Positions 5,676 to 13,794 of a stretch of DNA of 17,807 bases are shown one piece after another. The stretch comes from Thermoplasmata archaeon. GTDB taxonomy: Archaea; Thermoplasmatota; Thermoplasmata; Lutacidiplasmatales; UBA184. A program made the translations under genes and the position numbers. How positions within the stretch are numbered: the first letter of the stretch is position 1; the number at the start of each line of letters is the position of its first letter. The notes below the pieces were generated by a model. That model was not told where the DNA came from and searched no databases. It saw only the letters and a list, made by a program, of their open reading frames with translations. The DNA is taken from NCBI GenBank assembly GCA_028864975.1, contig JAGWLG010000047.1, forward strand, positions 1-17,807, given 5' to 3'.

Positions 5676-8588
5676 ATGCCGAAACGCAAGAGCGCACCCC
5701 GCCCTCTCCCGGTGGCCCCGGAGGGGACGGTCGGCGGCTCGTGGCAGGCGTCCTCTGCAGGCGGGGCCCCGGGGGGAGGCGCGCCCTCCGCGCCAAGCCC
5801 TCCTCCGGCGCCGAAGGGCCGTCACATCCGAACGACGGTCCCGACGGTCGTCGACATGGGGAAGGCCCGTGAGGAGGCCCTGTTCCAGCTTCGCCTGGGC
5901 CGTCAGTCCCTGGCCTTCGGGTTCATCGCAGGGTTGCTGCTCATCGTCGACTCGGCGATCGCGCTCTTCGTCGGCACGTCCGCTCTGGCCTCCGCGGGAA
6001 GCGTTTCGCCCTTCCTGGGGGCCATCCTGTCCAATCAACCCCAGCTGATCCTTCCGCTCGCTGCCGCTCTGTTCCTCTCGATCATGGTCTTCGTCGAAAA
6101 GTACGACACGTACGGCTTCTGGCCGTTCGAGGACCATTTTGCCCTCACCGTGGCTTCGCTGGTCCTTGCCGTGGTGCTGGCGGCGGTCTACGGTCTCCAT
6201 TTCACGGGGAAGGCCCCAGGACTCCTCAACACGCTCCAGCCGGTCATCTACATTCTGGTCCTGACCTCACTTTCCCTCGGGATGGTCTCCCTCGGAACGA
6301 CCTGGCGTGGCTGGCCCATCCGCAAGATCGCCAGCGTGGTCTTCGGTGTGCTCCCGCCGCTCTTCGCCATCCCCCTTTCCTTCGCGCTCACCCCGCTGGC
6401 GAACGTCGGGGCTCCCGGCATGTCAGGGGCGTTCAACCTCCAGCTCTCGATCGAGCTCAGCTTTGCCGCGTTCCTCTACACCGCGAGCGGGGCGCAGCTC
6501 CACCTCATGGCGAGCGCGACCCGCGCCCAGGAGCGGGAGGTCGTCGCCGGGAGCCACGAGAAGCTCTTCGCCCTCTCTCAGGAACTTGCCACCCGAAGCG
6601 AGGCGGCCCTCTTCCGAGAGGAGGCGCTGGCCCGACGCGAGGCGGATGTCGAGGCCCAGGAAGGCTCCCTGGTCGAGCGGGCCCGTTTCCTGGAGGACCG
6701 GCGGTCCGAGCTCGAGACCCTGGACCGCCACCTGCGTCAGAAGTCGGACGAGATCGGAGGCCGGGAGCAGGGGCTCCTGCCCCGAGCCGCCGAGGTCACC
6801 GCGGCCGAGGGGTCCCTCAAGGAGCGGAACGCCCAGATGGCCGCGCGGGAGCACGAGCTTCAGTCGGGTTTCCAGCGGCTGGGCGACCGGGAGAAGAACC
6901 TCCTCGAGCGCGAGCAAGGGACCCGCCAGAAGGAGCTCGACCTGCAGAACCGCTCCTCCGAGGTCGCGCGCCAAGAGGCGCAGAGCCGGGTCCTGGAGCA
7001 GACCGCGCAGAGCCGGCTGGCGGAGGCCGAGCGGCGATTCGCCGGAGCCACGGCACGGGAGGCGGAAGTGCGAGCCAAGGAGTCCTCCATGGTGCTCCCT
7101 CCGGACGCGCGGTCCCGCGTCCAGGCGAAGGAACAGGAGATCCTGCGCCGGGAGGCCGCGATCGAGGCCCAGCGGGCGGAGGTCCAGGACCGCGCGAACG
7201 CGTCCACGCAGAAAGAACAGGCCGTCGAGCGACGCCGGCTGGAGCTCCAGCAGGTGGCTTCGACCATCCTGGAGCGGGAGAAGCAGGTGGCCAATCGGGA
7301 GGCGACGATCTCGGCCAAGGAGAAGCAGTACGAGGTCGAGCTGGACCTCTTGAAGGGCGCCACCAAACGCCACGAGGAGGAGATCCGCAGGTACTTCGAC
7401 GCGACGAAAAAGAGCACCCTGGTCGAGAGCCAGAGCAGCCTGATGATGAACCAGCTCAAGGAGAAGGAGACGGGATTCTCGCTCCGGGAGCAGAAGCTCC
7501 TCGAGCGGGAGCGGGAGACCCAGTCGAAGCGGGTGGAGGCGGAGCGCCTCGCGCAGGAGGCGGCCGCCCAGCGTCGGGCCCTCGAAGCGCAAACCGCGGA
7601 CCTTCGCCTGCGAAGCACCCGTCTCGAGGAGGCCGCGGCGCGCCTTTCGGCAGCGAAGCCGGCCGTGGCCGACGAGCAGCTGTCGCAAGCCCTGCGGGAC
7701 CGAGAGAAGGCGCTCGAGCTCCGCGAGCGGCAGCTCTCCGACCGCGAGCAGAAGATCCGAGCCATGGCCTACGAGAGGGACCGCCAAGCGGCCGCGGCCA
7801 GCGCCGAGGACGCCTCGGGAGGGATCTCGATCGGTCCCACCACGGTGACCCAGCGCGTGCCGGGAAAGGTCTCCACGGGAACCCCCCGCCTCGACGACCT
7901 GCTGCTCGGCGGGGTCCCCGAAAAGGCCCATGTCGCCTTGGTCGGTCCGTCCTTCGTCGGTAAGGAGGTGGCGATCTACGCCTTCCTCGCCGAGGGATTG
8001 CGCAAGGGTGAGGGGGCGCTCATTGTGAGCACCGCGCGCGCTCCGGGCGAGATCGCCAAGGAGCTCGGGGTCGTGGTCCCTTCCCTCATGGAGTACGAAG
8101 GAGCGGGCCGTGTCATCTGGGTGGACGCCTCGAACCCGGCGGGGGTCCCGAGCGGAGACTCAAGGTCGCAGAAGGGGAGCACCGTCAAGGGACCCGGGGA
8201 CCAGGTAGGGATCCTTCAGGCGATCCACAAGCACTCCGCGGAGCTCGACAAGGCCGGAAGCTTCCGGGTCGCGTTCCTCTCGCTCTCCGCCTGCATCACC
8301 CAGACCGACGAGAAGGGGGCGGCGGCGTTCGTCCAGAACGTTCTCGGCACGCTCCGGACGAAGAGGTCGATCGGGGCCTACAGCGTCGAACGAGGCATGC
8401 ACAGCGAGCAGCAGGTCCAGGCCATCGTCTCGCAGATGGACGGGGCCATCGTCTTCCAGACGGAGCGCGGCAAGAACCAGCTCCAGGTCCTGGGGCTGGG
8501 CGAGGTCCAGTCGCGCCAATGGGTGGACTACCGCTTCACGCAGCGCGCGCTGCAGCTGGGCAGCTTCTCGCTCGAGCGTATCCGGTAG
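5676..8588 (+). CDS. Membrane-anchored long coiled-coil protein with C-terminal degenerate KaiC/RAD55-like (RecA-fold) domain (970 aa)
   Basis: About 6 hydrophobic segments in aa ~75-280, then an E/R/K/Q/L/A-rich heptad region in aa ~285-705. The C-terminal domain begins KVSTGTPRLDDLLLGGVP (typical KaiC/RAD55 start), followed by the P-loop GPSFVGKE and ...MDGAIVF. Confidence 0.85.
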   Translation: MPKRKSAPRPLPVAPEGTVGGSWQASSAGGAPGGGAPSAPSPPPAPKGRHIRTTVPTVVDMGKAREEALFQLRLGRQSLAFGFIAGLLLIVDSAIALFVGTSALASAGSVSPFLGAILSNQPQLILPLAAALFLSIMVFVEKYDTYGFWPFEDHFALTVASLVLAVVLAAVYGLHFTGKAPGLLNTLQPVIYILVLTSLSLGMVSLGTTWRGWPIRKIASVVFGVLPPLFAIPLSFALTPLANVGAPGMSGAFNLQLSIELSFAAFLYTASGAQLHLMASATRAQEREVVAGSHEKLFALSQELATRSEAALFREEALARREADVEAQEGSLVERARFLEDRRSELETLDRHLRQKSDEIGGREQGLLPRAAEVTAAEGSLKERNAQMAAREHELQSGFQRLGDREKNLLEREQGTRQKELDLQNRSSEVARQEAQSRVLEQTAQSRLAEAERRFAGATAREAEVRAKESSMVLPPDARSRVQAKEQEILRREAAIEAQRAEVQDRANASTQKEQAVERRRLELQQVASTILEREKQVANREATISAKEKQYEVELDLLKGATKRHEEEIRRYFDATKKSTLVESQSSLMMNQLKEKETGFSLREQKLLERERETQSKRVEAERLAQEAAAQRRALEAQTADLRLRSTRLEEAAARLSAAKPAVADEQLSQALRDREKALELRERQLSDREQKIRAMAYERDRQAAAASAEDASGGISIGPTTVTQRVPGKVSTGTPRLDDLLLGGVPEKAHVALVGPSFVGKEVAIYAFLAEGLRKGEGALIVSTARAPGEIAKELGVVVPSLMEYEGAGRVIWVDASNPAGVPSGDSRSQKGSTVKGPGDQVGILQAIHKHSAELDKAGSFRVAFLSLSACITQTDEKGAAAFVQNVLGTLRTKRSIGAYSVERGMHSEQQVQAIVSQMDGAIVFQTERGKNQLQVLGLGEVQSRQWVDYRFTQRALQLGSFSLERIR
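6600..7760 (+). repeat. Protein-level imperfect heptad repeat (x-x-[RK]-E-x-x-[LIV]) forming a coiled coil
   Basis: Examples: GDREKNLLEREQGT, QAKEQEILRREAAI, LEREKQVANREATISAKEKQY, SLREQKLLERERET, RDREKALELRERQLSDREQKI. The repeat is not conserved at nucleotide level. Confidence 0.75.
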
Positions 8589-8624
8589 GGCCGGACGCAA
8601 GCTTCCCTGTCGTGGAACGGCGTG

Positions 8625-8632
8625 AACCTTAT
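8625..8632 (+). promoter_or_regulatory. Putative BRE/TATA-like element AACCTTAT upstream of the hydrolase gene
   Basis: Same motif as 915-922, located in the 107-nt gap before ATG 8696. Confidence 0.35.
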
Positions 8633-8695
8633 CTCGCGTTCCGACCCCGGTGACCTCCGTTCGGGGTCGAGGGTCCAGCCGAGCGGGGCAGGAAG

Positions 8696-9373
8696 ATGAC
8701 CGGGGAGGGAGCGAGGTTGCGGTCCTGGTGGGGCAGGGTGTGGTCGACCGCTGTCCCGTGGATACCTTTCCTCGGGGTCTTCGCGATTGTCGCCTTCGCC
8801 TGGGCCTCCTTGGTCAACCTTGCCGCCAGCGCGAACCACGTTCCGCTGGTCGGGCCCCGGGTCGCGTTCTGGAGCGAGACCATCGATGCCTTCTGGCACC
8901 TGGGGACTGGGTTCCTTCTTGCCCTTCCTGCTCGAGACCGCCGTCTTCTCTTCCTCGCCCCGGTCCTTTCGCTCGGGCTCGACATCGACCATGCCTTCGG
9001 GCTGTTGTTGCCCGCCAGCGTGCCGCGACCCGACCACGCCCTTCTCTTCATCCTCCTGATCACGGTCGTGGCTGCGCTCTGGAAGGGACGGCTGCCCGCC
9101 CTGGCGACGGCAGGGGCCATAGCGACCCATCTCGCGGTCGACGGGGGCGACTTCCCCTTGCTCGACCCGGTGACGATGGCTCGGTGGCCCTTCCCGCTGT
9201 GGGCGAGCGCGCTGGCGCTTGCTCTGGCCGGAGCGCTCTTCCTGCTGGCCCTGCCCGGCCCCCGCCGATGGACGGTTCGAAGGGCCTGGGTGGAGCTTGC
9301 GGTCATCGTGACCGCGCTCGTGCTCTTTCTCGCCCTCGTGGGGCCGAGTGCCTGGCTCTTCCTCTCGAATTGA
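8696..9373 (+). CDS. Membrane-bound metal-dependent hydrolase, YdjM-like (225 aa)
   Basis: Hydrophobic protein with ordered motifs WH, LDIDH, RPDHALLF, THLAVD and FPLLDP. These parallel the YdjM pattern H...PDxD...R-x-x-THS...SHLLLD...PLLWP. Confidence 0.7.
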   Translation: MTGEGARLRSWWGRVWSTAVPWIPFLGVFAIVAFAWASLVNLAASANHVPLVGPRVAFWSETIDAFWHLGTGFLLALPARDRRLLFLAPVLSLGLDIDHAFGLLLPASVPRPDHALLFILLITVVAALWKGRLPALATAGAIATHLAVDGGDFPLLDPVTMARWPFPLWASALALALAGALFLLALPGPRRWTVRRAWVELAVIVTALVLFLALVGPSAWLFLSN

Positions 9374-12300
9374 AGGACGGACGGGGACGCGCCCCTGATG
9401 GAAGGTGGGCGCACGGGGGGGCGTCGAAAGCGACTTCCCCCACCTCGCTGTGGGTCACCTCGACCTTGGCAGGAAGCCCGGCCCCCCCTCTCGCGACGTC
9501 GTCGGCAGTCCCTTTCGTGGGCCGGACCCGAGAGACGAACGTTCTTGAGGAGGCCCTGAGGAGGGCCCAGAACGGCGAGGGGAGCACCTGGCTGCTGGAG
9601 GGCCCGGGAGGGATCGGCAAGACCCGGCTCGCAAGATGGCTCGAGTCCCGTGCGCGCGCGGAGGGCTTCCGGACCCTCTGGGGTTACTGCCTGAAGCAGG
9701 CCCTCTCCCCTTTCTTCCCGTTCGAACAGATCTTCCGGCACGAACCGGAACGAGGTCGAATCGCTGGCGAAGGCCCTCCCTCCGCCGACCTGGCATCGGA
9801 GGACCTTCCTACCGTCACGATCTTCGAGTCCGATCGGCCGACCGAGATGCTCCATCGGGTCTCCCGGCTCTCGTCCCGTCACGCGACCCTGCTCGCGACG
9901 CGGGACCGGCCCGCCGCCCTTCGACCTCGGCTCCCCGGGCTCGCCGAAGGTGCCCGCCTCCTCTGGCTAACACGCTCGGAGGGGGAGGGGTGTGTCAACC
10001 CGAGCGACCTGGACGGCCTCGGCAAGCGGGTCGAGGACCACCTGCGCCAGCATCCCGGAGGGCTCGCAGGGATCGCAGGGCTGGAGTATCTCGTCAGCCA
10101 GCGGGACTTCACCTCGGTCCTCCGGCTCGTGCAGTTCCTCCGGGACGTCGCGGAGAGCGCCGGGGGACACCTCTTCGTGAACCTCCTTCCCGCGGGGCTG
10201 GAACGGCGCGAGACGACCCTCCTCGAGGCGGAGGGGGAGGTCGTTCGTCCCGAGGCCGCGCTCCCCGTCCAAGGTCCGACGCCCCCCGCGGTGACCCTGC
10301 TTCGCTACCTGAACATCCTGGAGCGCGACGCGACGCGGGAGCGACCTTTCCTGCTCGTCCTGGACGATGTCCAGTGGGCGGACCCCGCCTCCCTCGAGGC
10401 CCTGCTGTTCCTCTCGAGGAACACGCAGCGGCTGCCCGTCCTGATCGTCGGCACCCTCCGGAGCGAAGAGGTCCCTTTGGAGAGCGAGGGCGGCGACCCG
10501 AAGGTGCTCGAGGTCCTCGAGCACATGGAGCGCGAGGGGTCGATGCAGCGCCTCACGCTCCGGGGCCTCTCCAGGAACGAGATCGTCCAGGTCGCGGAAG
10601 GCCTGCTCGAAGCGAAGCTCGAACTCTCTTCGCGGGACCAGGAGTTCCTCCGCTCCCTGGAGCGGACCGCCGGGAACCCCTACTTCGTGCTCTCGATGGT
10701 CCGGATGCTGGCGGACCAAGGCTTCCTCCGCCGGGAGGGCACGGAGGCCCGCCTGGTCGGCGGGGAGGAAGGGCGTTTCTCCACCTTGCCCGACAGCATC
10801 CGTCGAGTGGTCGAACGTCAGTTCTCCTCCCTCCCACCGGAGTCCCGGACGGTCCTCGAGGTCGCCTCCGTCATGGGGGAGGAGTTCGACCTTTCCGCGC
10901 TCTCGGGGGTCCTGGGCCGCCCCCGCGACCCGCTCGAGGCCGTTGTACGCACCCTCGAGCGGGAACACCACTTCCTCCAGCCCTCGCTGGAGGGAGAGAA
11001 CGGTTGGTCCTTCTCCCATCCGCTCGCGTGGGAAGTGATCGCGGGTCAGATCGGTCCCGAGCGTTACCGGTCCATCTCACGGGAGCTCGCGGAGTGGTGG
11101 GCCCGCTCCCGCCCCGGCGACGCGGAGAACATCGCCCGACTCTACCACCAGGCGCGCGCCCCGGAGCCGGGTCTCGACTGGGTCCGTCGTCTCGTCCAGA
11201 AAGCGCTCCGCCTGCCCTCGGACCAGCTCGCCGAGCGCTACCACCGATGGCTCCAGGACCTCCTCGCCGAACAGGGGAAGACCGCGGACGCGCGTGTTGA
11301 GGAGGGGCTCGAGATCGTCCACTACATCGGCAGTGCCATCGGTCCCTGTGAAGGGGTCCGGGGGATCCTTCGACGCCTCTCCCAGCTCCCGGCTTCCGAT
11401 GTCCCCAAGTGGAGGATCCGGGACTGGGCCATCCGGTTCCACAGCGTGGTCGACCCGAAGGAGGCGGTACGGAGGATGGAGGCGCTGCGCGCCGAGATCG
11501 ACCGCAGCGGGACCCCGCTGCCTCCCCTGGTCCAGGCCCACCTCGAGTTGACCCATGCCGTTGCGCTCGCCGGTCAGGGGCGCTACCTCGAGGGCATGGA
11601 GCCGCTCTCCCGCGCCATCGAGCTCCAGGACCCGACCCATCCCGCGACGGAGCGCGCGCTCGCGGCCCTGTTCCAAGGGGTCTTCCTCGCGGCCGCCAGC
11701 CCTGAGGAGGGCCTAGCGAAGCTCCGGGAGGGCAAGGCCCTGGCGACCGCGTCGGGAGCCCGCCTCCTTTCCTTCCTCTTCCTCCGCTACGAAGGCACCC
11801 TCGCCCGCTACTGGGGGCAACTGACGCAGGCCGTCCGGTCGCTCGATGCGAGCATCCTCGAGAGCCGCACGAACGGGGCCATCGAGTGGCTGGAGATCGT
11901 CCTGCTCGACAAGACCATGGTCCTGACAGAGCGCGGTGAGCTTCCGGCGGCACGGGAGTGCTGGCAAGAGGCGAGGGACCTCGCCCAGAAGTTCCAGCAC
12001 CCGGTGGGACTGTGTTACGTCACCCTCGCCGAGGGATACATGCTCACGGCGGAGGGGAGGTCCCGGGAGGCGCTCCCCCTGTTGGAGGAAGCCCACCAGC
12101 GCTTCCGGTCCCTAGGTCAGCTCGAAGGCTACCGGAACTGCGGCCTCTCCCTCGTCGAGGTGTTGGAAGACCTGGGGGAGTGGGAGCGGGCGGACGCCCT
12201 GCTCCCGAAGCTCGTGGAGGAGGTCCTCGAGCCATGGCCGCTGGCGTGGGCCGACCTCTTGAAAGCGCGAATGGCGGAGCATCGTGGGGAGCCCGACCGG

Positions 12301-12498
12301 GCTAGGGAGTTCCTTCAGGAAGCGCGGGACTACTCCACGACGGGGCAGCACCGTCTCATGCTCGCCCGCACGCTCCGGGAGCAGGCGAGGTGGGAGGAGC
12401 GGCACAGATCGAAAGAGAACGCCTCCCGTCTCGAACGAGAGTCGGCGACGCTCTACCGCGAGATCGGAGCCCGCCCGTTCTCCGCGCAACACTCTTAG
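9370..12498 (+). CDS. STAND/AAA_16-type NTPase with inserted DUF835-like domain and C-terminal TPR-like repeats (about 1040 aa; start uncertain)
   Basis: FVGR (9514), Walker A GPGGIGKT (9601-9624), Walker B LLVLDDVQWAD (10351-10383), sensor-1-like LIVGTLR, GNPYF (GxP motif), winged-helix-like FSHPLAWE, then Ala/Leu/Glu/Arg-rich helical repeats. TTG 9370 overlaps the upstream TGA (TTGA). The ORF-track extension from 8650 overlaps the hydrolase gene and looks non-coding. Confidence 0.85.
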   Translation: MKDGRGRAPDGRWAHGGASKATSPTSLWVTSTLAGSPAPPLATSSAVPFVGRTRETNVLEEALRRAQNGEGSTWLLEGPGGIGKTRLARWLESRARAEGFRTLWGYCLKQALSPFFPFEQIFRHEPERGRIAGEGPPSADLASEDLPTVTIFESDRPTEMLHRVSRLSSRHATLLATRDRPAALRPRLPGLAEGARLLWLTRSEGEGCVNPSDLDGLGKRVEDHLRQHPGGLAGIAGLEYLVSQRDFTSVLRLVQFLRDVAESAGGHLFVNLLPAGLERRETTLLEAEGEVVRPEAALPVQGPTPPAVTLLRYLNILERDATRERPFLLVLDDVQWADPASLEALLFLSRNTQRLPVLIVGTLRSEEVPLESEGGDPKVLEVLEHMEREGSMQRLTLRGLSRNEIVQVAEGLLEAKLELSSRDQEFLRSLERTAGNPYFVLSMVRMLADQGFLRREGTEARLVGGEEGRFSTLPDSIRRVVERQFSSLPPESRTVLEVASVMGEEFDLSALSGVLGRPRDPLEAVVRTLEREHHFLQPSLEGENGWSFSHPLAWEVIAGQIGPERYRSISRELAEWWARSRPGDAENIARLYHQARAPEPGLDWVRRLVQKALRLPSDQLAERYHRWLQDLLAEQGKTADARVEEGLEIVHYIGSAIGPCEGVRGILRRLSQLPASDVPKWRIRDWAIRFHSVVDPKEAVRRMEALRAEIDRSGTPLPPLVQAHLELTHAVALAGQGRYLEGMEPLSRAIELQDPTHPATERALAALFQGVFLAAASPEEGLAKLREGKALATASGARLLSFLFLRYEGTLARYWGQLTQAVRSLDASILESRTNGAIEWLEIVLLDKTMVLTERGELPAARECWQEARDLAQKFQHPVGLCYVTLAEGYMLTAEGRSREALPLLEEAHQRFRSLGQLEGYRNCGLSLVEVLEDLGEWERADALLPKLVEEVLEPWPLAWADLLKARMAEHRGEPDRAREFLQEARDYSTTGQHRLMLARTLREQARWEERHRSKENASRLERESATLYREIGARPFSAQHS

Positions 12499-12535
12499 AG
12501 GGAGTCCCCGGTCCTGTCGCGCGAGGAGCCATAGC

Positions 12536-13771
12536 GTGCCCGTCAGGGAGGTCCGGGCCGGCCAGCGAGGCGTCGGTCGAGTACCGATGCTCGAGGCGGC
12601 GGCCGCCGCCGCCCAAGCAAGCCATCCCGAAGGGCTGGCCGGCGCAGCCCTCCCTCCTGTCGGAGAAGAGGGACAGGAACAGCGACGTCTCGTCTATCGT
12701 CGCCGCGACATCCTCCGTTACGCTCCTGCCGCGGTCCTCCGTCGTCTTTGGGTGCAGCTCTCGGTCCTGCTGGCCATGTTCCTCTCCTGCGCCGCGCTGT
12801 TCTACTACTTCCGCGGCCCTCTGGGGAACCCGACGATGGACGCGCTGGGGGCGCTTCTGGGCGCGGTCTCGACCATCACCACCATCGGGATCTACGCCCC
12901 CGCGAACCTCATCCTGCTCCCGGACTGGGCCAAGGGGGCCTTCATCGTCATCTTCCTGGTGAGCGTGGGGGCGGCGGCGAGCATCGTGCAGACCGTATTG
13001 ACCCAGGCGGTCAACCGAGACCTCTGGACGGAGGACGTCCTCCGTCGGGAGGTGGCCAAGATGAAGGACCACGTCGTCGTCATGGGGTACTCCTTCCTGG
13101 GCCGATACGTCGCCGACAAGCTGCGCGACATGGACGTCCCGTTCGTCGTGGTCGTGCGGGACAACCAAGACCTGGTGAAGCTCCGCGAGCAAGGGGTCCC
13201 GGCCTTCTCGAGCCCGGTCACGGAGTTCCACCGCGCCCTCGAAGATGTGGGGGTCCGGCGGGCCTCGACGATGATCTGCACCTTCAACGAGGACCCCGAC
13301 AATCTGATGGCCGTGCTCTACGCCAACAAGGTCCACCCCCAGCTGCGCATCATCACGATCGTGCACGACCGCGAGCTCGTGCCCTCGGCCAAAATGGCCG
13401 GAGCCGACGTGGTCTTCCCCATGGCCAACATCCTGGGCGACCTCCTAGGCCTCACCGCGGTCTCCCGGGAGGTCGCAGGGGTCATCCTCTCCGCGAAGAT
13501 CCCCGGACGCTACCTGGCTGAGTTCGAGATCCCCAAGGGGAAGGCCATCACCTTCGGACGACTGAACGCGCTCGCCCCCGTGCTCCTCGTCCTCCAGGAC
13601 GGCAAGACCTTCAGCAACCCTCCGGACGACTTCGCCATCCACGGGGGAAGCACGGCCTTCATGCTCACGAGCACGGAGGGCCTCCACCGCATACGCCGCG
13701 AGCTCGGGAGCGGCCCGGTGAGCACCTCCCTTGAACCGCACGAGCACACCGAATCCTCCGCTCGACCCTAG
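12536..13771 (+). CDS. 2-TM potassium-channel-like protein with RCK (TrkA_N) domain, MthK/Kch-type; atypical filter
   Basis: TM1 LWVQLSVLLAMFLSCAALFYYF, pore helix/filter AVSTITTIGIY, TM2 KGAFIVIFLVSVGAAASIV. RCK motifs KMKDHVVVMGYSFLG and AKMAGADVVFP. GAGGAG lies 7 nt before GTG 12536 (alternative ATG 12587). Confidence 0.85.
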   Translation: MPVREVRAGQRGVGRVPMLEAAAAAAQASHPEGLAGAALPPVGEEGQEQRRLVYRRRDILRYAPAAVLRRLWVQLSVLLAMFLSCAALFYYFRGPLGNPTMDALGALLGAVSTITTIGIYAPANLILLPDWAKGAFIVIFLVSVGAAASIVQTVLTQAVNRDLWTEDVLRREVAKMKDHVVVMGYSFLGRYVADKLRDMDVPFVVVVRDNQDLVKLREQGVPAFSSPVTEFHRALEDVGVRRASTMICTFNEDPDNLMAVLYANKVHPQLRIITIVHDRELVPSAKMAGADVVFPMANILGDLLGLTAVSREVAGVILSAKIPGRYLAEFEIPKGKAITFGRLNALAPVLLVLQDGKTFSNPPDDFAIHGGSTAFMLTSTEGLHRIRRELGSGPVSTSLEPHEHTESSARP

Positions 13772-13794
13772 CGGCGCCCGGCGAGGCTGTCGGC

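Noticed and set aside
4875-6200. 441-aa minus-strand ORF spanning the divergent region
   Set aside because: The 5' part is antisense to the KaiC-like gene and the 3' part is a shadow of the GAF-like frame. Only the segment from about 5519 to 5360 looks protein-like, and it is covered under findings.
6600-7760. Repeated short DNA words (e.g. CGGGAG, GAGCAG) as a possible CRISPR or tandem array
   Set aside because: There is no fixed repeat-spacer periodicity. The words reflect Arg-Glu/Glu-Gln codons of the coiled coil.
8650-9369. 240-codon N-terminal extension of the STAND ORF
   Set aside because: It overlaps the motif-bearing hydrolase gene in another frame and has low-complexity R/P/G composition. 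It is kept only as the route for a hypothetical frameshift fusion.
9510-9516. CCCTTTC, a -1 slippery-type heptamer just before FVGR
   Set aside because: Its codon phase (CCT TTC) is already the STAND frame, so slippage would leave the ORF rather than rescue an upstream ATG.
12284-12535. N-terminal extension of the channel ORF
   Set aside because: It overlaps the STAND 3' end, and a good SD precedes GTG 12536.
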